Origin: Botryllus schlosseri
Taxonomy: Eukaryota
Length of the DNA: 60,000 nucleotides
Direction: 5' to 3'
NCBI GenBank assembly: GCA_051294905.1
Contig: CM119371.1
Span: forward strand, 9,550,001 to 9,610,000
The position numbers were made by a program, and so were the translations under genes. Positions 49,701-60,000 of this stretch are shown here, in pieces. Under the pieces are notes generated by a model. The model had not been told where the DNA came from and made no database searches. It saw only the letters and a list, made by a program, of their open reading frames with translations. The stretch's first letter is position 1. The number at the start of each line of letters is the position of its first letter.

Positions 49701-52700
49701 CAAGTACAATATCAGTTGCTGACGATTAACCTTGACGGGTGTCAGCCCGACATTATGCGGGTTTTCTTCAATATGAACATTAGGGCTCTTCAAAAATGAC
49801 CTATTTTCTCAAATCGTACTGGCTACTTGATAAAATTGTTGGGTTACTTAATTTAAGCCTACACACAAAATTTGGTTCAATTCCAGCCAGTAACCGCTTT
49901 GCTACAGGAGAAGAAAGTTTCTATTTATTATATAAATATAAATAATGAAAAGTTTTAAAATGTTCTGTTCACCCCATGAAAGTGTTAGGCTGTCTATAGA
50001 AACTATACTCACCAAATTTGGTTCAATTCCAACCAGTGGAAGCGGAGTTATTACGGTGAGCACAACTATAATAACTAAACAAAGAATCGGTCACCGTGAA
50101 TACTATTTTATTCAAATCCAAATTTTTCGACGGCAATAACTCCGCTTCCACTGGTTGGAATTGAACCAAATTTGGTTAGCATCGTTTCTATATACAGCCC
50201 AACACTTTCATGGGGTGAACAGAACATTTTAAAATTTTTTATCATTTATTTTTATATAATAAATAGAAACTTTCTGCTCCTGTAGCAAAGCGGTTACTGG
50301 CTGGAATTGAACTAAATTTTGTGTGTAGGCTTAAATTAAGTAACCTAACAATTTTATCAAGTAGCCAGTACGATTTGAGATAAAAAGTCATGTTTGAAGA
50401 GCCCTAATGAGCATATTATTCAATTGGATACCACTCACCAGTATTGAAGTTCTGTAGCTACAAGACTGTCTTCGGATACTGTGAAACGGGGGCTGAGTCT
50501 CCCGGTGGTTTTGATAATTTCGCGCACGAACGCAATGGCGACATATCTCCCAATACTACTACTGGAACAAAATTTGAACCGTTCCATTCGTAAAAAGTAC
50601 GTAGTCGTGCCTAAAACTGTCTAGTAGAAATGGAAGTAGTCGAAATACATGACAACTCGAGTAAATAGTGCATGTAGCCAAGACCAACTACAGCAATCTG
50701 CGTAAAAGTAGGAGTGCTTCATCACAGGCTACCTCTGGCAGACTTGGGCAACTAGAAGATTGTTAGCCTTTTAAATTAGATTGGAGTTACAGCCAAGTTT
50801 TTCTGGCGAATTAAAGTAGCATTAGAATTATAGCCACAATTTTTTTTCCAAACGCGAATAAAATTAGAATTATAGCTACACAGTTTTTTTCCAAATTAGA
50901 TTACAATTAGAATTACAGCCGAAAAATTTTTCTTCCAAATTAGAGTATCAATAAAATCATTGCTACAGTTATTTCCAAATCACATCAAAACTGGAATTAT
51001 AGCTACCGTACACAGTTGTTTTTTCAAATTAGATTCGAATTATAATCTAGCTACACAGGTATTTCTAAATTAGATTAGAATTACAATATAGCTGCACAGG
51101 TATTTCCAAATTAGATTGAAATTACCATTATAGCTACCGCACACAGTTTTTTTTTCTAATTAGATTAGAATTAGAATATAGCTACCCGTTGTTTCCAAAT
51201 TTGATCGAAATTAGAATTATAGCAGCAATCCGAATTAGATTCGAGTTACTGAATTCGTGAAAACGTGGACCTTGAATCATGCTCTGTTGATATCAAATCA
51301 TGGCTCGTTTTTATGAGCACGAGAATGGCAAATGTCTGCGCTGCAAGCTTGGCTAGTTACGCACTGTACAGTTCTCCTGTTGCATTTATAGGGAGACCAG
51401 AAATTAAGATTAGAATTGAAATTTGAACATAGAAACACTTCACAAATTAGATGGGAGTTTGGATTAGAGCAAAGAAAGGTTTAACAAGTTCGATTAGGAT
51501 TAGATTACCGTAATTTTCCGAATATACTGCGCCCCCGTGTATAATACGCACCCTTAAAATGACGTGTATATTCTGGGAAAAAGACTGTGCCCATGTATAG
51601 TACGCACCCTGCATTCGCAGTACGTGAGCACATGAATAGTTGCGGTTTAATATTCGATGTTGTTCTGTTTTGCGATGTCACTGTCGCACAATCATGACGT
51701 GATGATCGCTAATCATAATACAACTAACGGTATTGTCCCTAAACGAGATTAGATAGTAGCCAAAGCCTGTGAGGTCGGCGACGCGATGGCTCAGGCTAGC
51801 GACACACGAAATCTTGCGCACGCTTGTAGCACTCTGTGACCTAATTTCGCTCGCGTACAAACGGCAAAATAACTCAGCAAGATATCGCGTGCTTTGCAGG
51901 CGATTCTAGTTAATTGGAAACGGGCTTTTCGTTAATTGGCAACACGCTTCTCTATTTGGCAGCGCGTTATACTCTATAATACGAATTACGGGGCCCAGTG
52001 GCTAGGGGTGATGCGAGATTTAAACAAACATGAAGAAAGGTGTGAGTTCAAGTTCTTGGTCGAGGGATTTTTTTCAAGGCTTGTTGTACCCATGTATAAT
52101 ACGCAGCCCCTATTTTAGGGCAAAAAATCGGTAAAATTTTGCGCATTATACATGGAAAATTACGGTACCTTCATTTCACTCTATTCAGTTTGATTAGACT
52201 ACTAGAATTATATCTGGGTGGTAGGTCACGCAAGACTTGCGCCAAGGTAGATGGAATGGTAACTCGATATATTATGTTTCCAGGGCAAGAAGGCGGTTTT
52301 AAGTTTCCCGACAACGTCAAATTCAAGTTCAAGACCGACACAGACCTCTACGAGCTGATGAAGAACAAGACGCACGCAAAGTGCGTCGCCATTTCCCCGA
52401 ACGGATCGCTGTTTGCGTGTCTCACCGCCAATAGAAAAGCCTACGTTTTTCATCTGCCAACCGGGAAGCTGTCTAGGGTCTTCGATGAATCGCTGAACGT
52501 GAGTAGTAACTCGGTGCCTGGATCCAGGGTTGCAATGACTCGAGTCATGACTCGACTTGACTTAAGTCATTTTCTTACAACTAAAAAACTTGAGTCAATT
52601 TTGTGTCGACCAGACTTGTACTCTCACCAAGACAGTCATTTCATTGTAACTTGAAGAGTAGTAAAAGCTACCACGCTATTGGTATTTCGTATATTAATAC

Positions 52701-55700
52701 CAGTACTTGTAAAAATTGGCCCTAACCTGTTAAGAATGAGGAAATTAGTATGTTATGGGTTCATTCATGCGAGGCATTCGATATCACTCGAACAGAGTTG
52801 TCAAAAGGTGTGGGGAAAAACTGAACAGTGAACAGAGTGACTTGCATTCGGACTCGAACCTTTGGACTCGGACTTGACTGGTGATGAATTGGCACTGACT
52901 TGGACTCGGACTCGAACTGTGGCTCGGACTCGAACATTTGGACTCAGACTTGACGCGGACTCAAAACTATGACTCGGACTCGACTAGGGGTGAATTGAAA
53001 ATGACTCGACATGACTCAAGTTAAAACCATAAAGGAGACTTGGAGTCTCATGACTTGGAGCCTCATGACTTGGTTACAAGTCTGCCTTAATCTAACTTTA
53101 GTATATCGGGAACCGAATGCTCTTCCTTTTGATGCTTGGAAGTAGCTTAAGTGGGAATATCAGAGGGGGGAAAAGCAGGTTGTTTTAGTACTGGAGTACA
53201 AGCACGAGTAACAGTGTAAATTTACGTTCAATCAGAAGTAGTAATAGCGATTTCTGATGACATGAATATCCGGTTTGATTTGAAGAAAAACACAGACCTC
53301 AATCTCATCGGAAATCAGTTCAAATTCAATGTTAGTTTTTGTTCTGCCGTCCAAGTCGAAATTTATACATAATATGCAGGGTTGTACCCAAGTCACAAGG
53401 CTCTGAGTTGCAATTCAATCTCACTTTTATAGTTTTGTTTTGACTCAAGTCAGGTCGACTCATTTTCAAGTCACCACCGAGTTGAGTCCGAGTCGGAATC
53501 ATTGTGTTGACTGCCCAGTCTCCAGTTTTAAAGTCTTGTTAAAACCACTTTTTACAACTCTTTCATGATATCGAATGGTTCGCATTTATAATATACTTAT
53601 TTCCTCACTTTTAATAGTTTCTGGTCGCATTTTCAAATACCAGTACCAATAGACGAAGTCCCAATGGGGTGGTTACTTCACTGTTCTTCAAAATTACAAT
53701 GAAATGTCGGTCTTGGCCGTCTGTGTCTCGATTCATATGACTTGGTTCTAGTCAAGTGCAATGACTTGAGTCCAAGTCGAGTCATTTTCGTATTTTGAGA
53801 AAATGACTCGAGTCAACACAACCCTGATACTATGTTAATCGGATAGAACACAACCCTGATACTATGTTAATCGGATAGAACACAACCCTGATACTATGTT
53901 AATCGGATAGAACACAACCCTGATACTATGTTAATCGGATAGAACACAACCCTGATACTATGTTAATCGGATAGAACACAACCCTGATACTATGTTAATC
54001 GGATAGAACACAACCGTGATACTATGTTAATCGGATAGAACACAACCCTGATACTATGTTAATCGGATAGAACACAACCCTGATACTATGTTAATCGGAT
54101 AGAACACAACCCTGATACTATGTTAATCGGATAGAACACAACCCTGATACTATGTTAATCGGATAGAACACAACCCTGATACTATGTTAATCGGATAGAA
54201 CACAACCGTGATACTATGTTAATCGGATAGGAGTCATACATATATTCTATTCCCTATTGTCTCAAGACATCGTGTTTGCTGATTGAGGCACATGATGCGA
54301 GATAGAATCATTTCACTAATCGTGATTTTCCATTTTGAAGAATATTTTAATTTTTAATCTGAGTTTCCCGGTAAAATCGCCAGGACCTGTACCAACTGAA
54401 TGTCCAGCCTTTTGCCTTTATTTCAGCCCAGTGTTGATAATTGTAATCTACTTTACTGAAATCGGTCGTAATTGATGTATTTGTGTTACTTCAGACATTC
54501 GTCGAAATGCAGCAGACAAAAGCCCAGCTCGCCAACATGGAGTTTGGGAGACGCATGGCTGTCGAGAGAGAATTGGAAAAGTTACCCGTGAGATTTTGTT
54601 CGCGTTAGTTTTTGTATTCAACTGGCTACACGGCGAATGCAGTGAAAACACTTACAGAGCCATTTCATTTGGCTATTTGCAAGACCGATGATTTTTTGTG
54701 CGTACCGGTAGTAGCGATCAAATGGTTATTAAGAATCGGCACAATCTGTTACCTAAATAATTCAATTCTGAGTCGAGTATTAAGAATTGACTTGAGTTGA
54801 GTAGGCCTAATACTCGTAATGATGTCGTAAATATATGCTAAATTGGAAAAACTGATAAATATGTAGGCAGTAAGCTTCCTTTCAATCGACCACAAATAAA
54901 ATACGGTCAGAATTATGGAAACATGAATTCCACATAAAAGGTAATTCTTTGCTGCGATAAGCATCATGTAAATTCAGTAATCGAAAAATTGACTCGCACT
55001 GATCTCGCTACGAAGAATTCAGATTTACCTGGCAACACGCAGCTGTCAAGACCGCTTATGGCTTATACATTTCCGCTCGCGAGCACTGCAGTGCAGTTAT
55101 TCTGGCTTCGTTGCATTTCTTCTACAGATGTAGTTGGGATGATATACTTAAAATCTAATAAACCTTCCACTGAAATAGTCGTCCATAATCTCTCATCAGC
55201 ATCACGACATGAGCCTTGTTATTCGTTATCTGCCGAAACTAGCCTGATTGTTTAGTACCACTTTACATTACAAATTCTAATATCCTTGTCGAACCTTTCA
55301 GGCAATCGATAATATTGATATCTTTTAATGTCCATATTGTCAACCATTAGACATATTGCACGTAGTGCGTCTTTAAAGGGGCACTGCACTCTAACAATGA
55401 TGTGGTCTCAAACTGAAGAGCAAAACGAAAGAAAAATTTTGGCCACAGCCGTTTTCTTCAGGACGCCATCGTAATGGAGCTGTAATGTATCGGAATTTCC
55501 ACAGATGCATCACATTCCAGCAGTCACGCAGCGATCGAACTTTATATCGTTGTCAGCCGATGTTATGAAGGAAATAGAATACACTAGGCCCGATTTTGAC
55601 ATGAATCTCCTGACTGGACATCTTCCGTTGAACGCGGTATCTGAACCACCTTGGCGTGTACGACATATTTCCTTCATAACATCGGCTGACAACTATATAA

Positions 55701-58700
55701 AGTTCGATCCCTGCGTGACTGCTGGGGCGTGATGCAGCTGTGGAAATTTCAATAAATTACAGCTCCATTACGGCGGCGTTCTGAAGAAAACGGCTGCGGC
55801 CAAAATTTCTCTTTCGTTTCGCCCTTCAATTTGAGACCACAACATTTTGAGAGTGCAGTGTCCTTTTAAATCCACTTACAATTTCTACTTCCACACGGAG
55901 TAGTCTCGTGTAGCCTTGTAAATGGCTGCCTCTAGTCGTAGGCCCTCTCAGCACCAATGCTGATTAGACTGCTATTTTGACCACCACCGACCATTTCTCA
56001 TTGAGTATGCATGCCTCATTTTTACACAGTCTACCATTAAGTAGCTATATTTTTGTAGACCATAGCATGAGATTCATCGTCTGACTTCGCGCATTCGTTT
56101 CCACGCATTTCATTTGGTCTTTCTGTTCGTTCAACTCCCGAGGTGTTTAGAATTGATAAAAATGGTGGTAAAACGCCGCTGATGTTCGCTTGATGTTATT
56201 TTCAGGAAAGCTTCCGACTATGCAACATGGTTTTTGACGAAACCAGCAATTTCCTCATGTACGCCACCATGTTCGGCATCAAGATGATCAATTTACACAC
56301 CAGCAGGTGATGCCTAACTGCGTAGTGTGTATCTTCGGTCTCATATTCTTATCGTAAACTCTCTCAAAATCGTTGCAGGTGCGTGCGATTCATCGGCAAG
56401 CCAGAAAACATTCGAATACTGAACTTGGCATTGTATCAAGGAGCGCCGGTTAAGCGTCAAGCCGCGTTAACTGTCGATATGAAGTTGTCAGATAACCCTG
56501 GACTGCAGGAGCCTGTCGGCGATCCCACTATATTTTGTACGGCGCATAAGAAGAATCGATTTTATATGGTAGGTGGCTGGTTGTTATGTCCTGTGTCAAT
56601 GTGAGGAACAAGCTGGGTTGTAACCAAGTCAAGTCGAGTCATTTTCAATTCACCACCGAGTCAAGTCCTAGTCAGCCAGTAGTGGGGTTACCCTATTTTT
56701 GAATCTCGAAAGGAGGGCGCTTTTTCAAAATCTTCAGACTTATAATTGTGGAGTGAAATTCGGAAAATATGGTAAATTTTTTCCCACTTCGTGGTCGGTT
56801 GACTAAAAAACAAAGGTCAACTCTCCGGCTCAAGTCCAGCAATACGGTTTTTCTTTCACATTATGCGTTGATTGACTAAAAAAATGAAAGTATCGTTGTC
56901 ATTTTCGTTCGAACCACGAATTTCCTATTTAGCGTCATTTATGTCCATTTTCACTCGAATCTATCCACTATCTTAGCTGTAAAAACTGTAAAGGAGGACA
57001 TTTGAGAGTCCTCGGAGGACATTTTCAAAAACCTGAAAAAGGAAAACGTATGGTGACCATAGCTAGTAGTGGGTTGAGTCATAGTGTTTTGACTCGAGTC
57101 CGAGTCCAAGTCATTATGTTCATTGTTCGGTTTTCAGTTCAATATCCGGTTCAACATACTTTTTTCAACTCCGCTCGAATGATATAGAATGGCTCGCAGT
57201 CGTAATATCTTAATTTTCCTCAGTCTTAACAGTTTCTGGATCTATTTTCCAAGTAACAGGACTGATAGACGAAATACCAATAATGTAGTGACTTTACTGT
57301 TCTTCGAAGTTACAATTTAATGTCTGTCTAGGCCGTCCTAGTCTCGAGTCATATGAACAATGACTCTGGTATAAGTCGAGTCACTATGCAACCCGGGGGC
57401 CACCTGTTGAAAATTTGATCATGAAGAGAGTTTACAAACTTCAAATGTCCGGTTCACACCTGTTTCGGGAGTTATTTACATTAGCGAATCAAAAGACTAA
57501 ATTAGCAGTACAGGTATTCAAAATAGCGTAATATTCAAAACGCTGGATTTACCAGTATTTAAAATATGGACTTGATAAAAAAATAGCATGTTCTTCAAAA
57601 TAAGGATCTCGGCTGACTCCTAGCATGTAAGTGATTCCCGTTCCAGTTATTCTCTCTCTCTCTATTTCCCAGTTTTCATGATTCCCGTTCCAGTTATTCT
57701 CTCTCTCTCTCTATTTCCCAGTTTTCAAGACGATCTCCAGACGACGCCAATTCCAAGGAAGCCGACCGAGATATATTCAACGAAAAACCGTCAAAGGACG
57801 AAGTCTTGGCCGCCATGCAAGTGGCTGAAAAAAGGGTACGTTCGTGCTGTCAGACGTAGTTGTCTGGTATTCGAATGTCGTCGGTTTTAGGTGTCGGACA
57901 AAGCCATCATTCACACGACGATCGGCGATATTCACGTAAAGCTATACCAGAACGAGTGCCCGAAAACGGCCGAGAATTTCTGCGTCCATTCCCGGGACGG
58001 ATACTACAACGGACACATCTTTCATCGCGTCATCAAGGTACGACGGGCTTTGTGTTCTGCAGCAGACAGCCCGCAGAGAGTGTGGTGTGGCCAGCAACGA
58101 AGTGCTAATGTTGAAAGTATACGGCTTGTGAAATGGGTTTCCGGTTTAGCTCGTAGAATGGTTTGTTCAAGCGGGCAGAAAATGGACTGAAAGTTACAAA
58201 AATCACCGAAATATGATGACTTTGTCGACAAAATTCAATAAATACGTTCGTATTGAGATATTTTGGGATGGCACTCCTCAGGGGTAATCATCAGCGACTA
58301 GTAGAGAATTGAAAAGAACATTGTATATCAACAATCGTATCAACTAATATGACATCTCGAGCCTGAAAATATGAATAATAGAGTTGCTGAAAATTACCCT
58401 TGACGAGTGTCATCCGATCCTTCTGTGGATTATTTCAGTATTAATATATTATAGAATTGTATAATGAGCTTCTGTACCTCACATAGTCTCTTCACAAAAA
58501 ATGGTTGCACTTCATATGTTTGTCTCTCTGGGCATTCAAACTTACTATGTGAAGTCCGATATCGAATTTTATCGACGAGCTCTCTGGATATCAATGTTGC
58601 TGATTCTTGAGACATGATGGACACACATAACTGCTAGAGTTGTAATGTAGAGCACGCGGTTTAACTGTGTTATGTGACTCTGTCTCCCTTGTTGAAAAGC

Positions 58701-59232
58701 AGTGGAATATGGTATAAGCCTCATTGATAAATTCGCTCTTAGTCACAAGGAGCGTGTAATTTCTTCACTCGAAAAATCATCCCGTACTAATACTCGATGT
58801 AGTTTTGAATACTTGATCGCTGTGCCCAGCCCTACATACAAGTAGAATAAGAACTTAGCTCCACATTTATTGTCATTCATCGTAAGGTAATCTGCTACAT
58901 TTCAGGGCTTCATGGTACAAACCGGCGACCCTCTGGGCAGCGGAACTGGAGGAGAGAGCATCTGGGGTGGCGAATTCGAAGACGAATTCCACCCTACCCT
59001 GTCGCACGACCGCGCTTACACCGTCAGCATGGCAAACGCCGGACCCAACACAAACGGCTCGCAGTTTTTCATCACAGTAGTGCCAACGCCTTGGCTGGAC
59101 AATAAACATACGGTGTTCGGTCGAGTCACAAAGGGAATGGAAGTGGTGCATAATATCTCGTTGGTGAAGACGCATCCGAAAACGGACAAGCCTTACGATG
59201 ATATATCGATCGTCAATATCACAGTAAAGTGA
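43751..59232 (+). CDS. PPWD1: Peptidylprolyl isomerase domain and WD repeat-containing protein 1 (spliceosomal cyclophilin), about 632 aa, 12 coding exons
   Basis: Exons 43751-43904, 46310-46502, 46995-47126, 47194-47298, 49012-49139, 52284-52498, 54495-54587, 56206-56306, 56379-56568, 57722-57835, 57891-58037, 58906-59232; all GT-AG, phases consistent, 1899 nt. Diagnostic peptides: [134 protein letters not shown]. Confidence 0.95.
44957..45777. mobile_element. hAT-like MITE (CCCGGGAT repeats) containing a Charlie-like MITE at 45115-45596
   Basis: TIR TAGGGTTGGGAC / GTCCCAACGCTA, TSD gttcagac / gttgagac; inner element CAGGGGTCTCAAAC..GTTTCAGACCGCTG. Confidence 0.75.
47502..48618. mobile_element. 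Charlie-like MITE containing a GACTCGAGTC MITE (47885-48598), which contains a MITE at 48018-48202
   Basis: Outer CAGTGGTTCCCA / TGGGAACCACTG, TSD gtttcaac / gtttaaac; innermost CAATGTTCCCTCTAA / TTAGAGGGAACATTG with perfect TSD attatgac. Confidence 0.8.
49781..50406. mobile_element. Almost fully palindromic element with 8-bp TSD
   Basis: TAGGGCTCTTCAAA / TTTGAAGAGCCCTA, arms about 270 bp; TSD atgaacat / atgagcat; inserted into a PLE-derived short element. Confidence 0.88.
50740..51505. repeat. Degenerate AT-rich tandem repeat (AAATTAGATTAGAATTATAGCTAC units)
   Basis: Recurrent motif; related sequence at 1-120 (reverse) and ~37440-37810. Confidence 0.65.
51508..52165. mobile_element. Tc1/mariner-type MITE, second copy
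   Basis: TA|CCGTAATTTTCCG ... GGAAAATTACGG|TA; homologous to 41640-42419. Confidence 0.82.
53815..54230. repeat. 32-bp tandem array, 13 copies (AACACAACCCTGATACTATGTTAATCGGATAG)
   Basis: Exact 32-bp period with no spacers; copies 7 and 13 carry AACCGTG. Confidence 0.95.
55377..55865. mobile_element. Palindromic Kolobok/T2-like MITE
   Basis: TTAA|AGGGGCACTGCACTCT ... AGAGTGCAGTGTCCTT|TTAA; arms of about 200 bp. Confidence 0.8.
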
Positions 59233-60000
59233 CCTTGTGTCGGCTTTTACCGTATAGGAAATGGTATTTTGCGTCTGGAATGGGCAGCATGTAAGGCCAA
59301 TCACGCAATACACTCGTTTGCTGCCTTCGAATGTTGGAATGCTGAACATTGTGACAGCTTCCTGTGTCTTGTTAATGTACTTCAACTTTTGGAGTAAATA
59401 AGTAGTTTATTTCTATGTGCACTACCCATCAGAGTACTCGAGTTTCTAGACGAAATCACCAGCATATAAACGGCAATGCATTGATTATTTCTATATCGCT
59501 AATTCGGGTAGTTACACACCTAACGGTTGGGTTGCCATATCTCCCATTTTAAAAGGATTTGTCCTCTTTTTATACTTTTTTAAAGTGTCCTTGTAGGACG
59601 CCTGAAGGTCTTCTTTTTTTATTAAATTTCGGTTAAATGTATGTGAAAATTCAAGTGATGTATAGGAAATAAGTACTCGATAAACAGTCCGGTGGGTCTT
59701 TCGTGAGTTAAGCCAGTAAGTCGACCTTTGTTTTAGTCAACCAAAGGTAAAAATTCATACAAAGTGGTTATTTCGGGAGTTGAGTCGGAAAGATGACCTT
59801 TTTTTGAGTCAACCCACTAAATACTCGGGAGTAAATTTACCAATTCTTCCAGATTTTACTCCTGTACCGCAAGTCTGGAAATTTTGAAAAAATTGTCATT
59901 TTACCATATACTCTCAAAGTATGGTAACACTACCGAACAAAATTTTGGCTATACGTTCACTAGGTTAGTGCGGCATACCTGCGTCGGGCGCAGTATGCTA

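Noticed and set aside
53815..54230. CRISPR-like array of 32-bp repeats
   Set aside because: Units are contiguous with no unique spacers, there are no cas genes, and the context is a eukaryotic intron; it derives from a MITE junction.
58873..59385. 170-aa antisense ORF over the cyclophilin exon
   Set aside because: Antisense shadow of the PPWD1 last exon.

Overview
Eukaryotic (animal, probably invertebrate) genomic DNA with GT-AG introns and a very dense load of non-autonomous DNA transposons. Four protein-coding genes can be read: (1) an SLC16/monocarboxylate-transporter-family MFS gene on the minus strand (28190->13261, 6 coding exons), which carries a second, tandemly duplicated first coding exon interrupted by a TAG; (2) an intronless G-protein gamma subunit ending in CAIL (19335-19562, +), nested antisense in an SLC16 intron; (3) an intronless NOP9 (39738-41417, +); (4) a 12-exon PPWD1 (WD40 + cyclophilin; 43751-59232, +). 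The rest is mostly hAT-type MITEs with 8-bp target-site duplications (TSDs), often nested 2-4 deep. There are also foldback/palindromic elements (Mutator-like, Kolobok-like, TTAGGG-rich), two Tc1/mariner-type MITEs, two tRNA-derived SINE families and a truncated Penelope-like element (GIY-YIG). The most interesting non-annotated signals are a minimal hammerhead-ribozyme motif in the Penelope 3' repeat with several dispersed short copies, a 13x32-bp array built from a transposon end + TSD + flank, and a duplicated 3' splice site in PPWD1 whose upstream copy would give an immediate stop. Exon boundaries, TSDs and family assignments were read by eye and have not been checked with alignments or databases.
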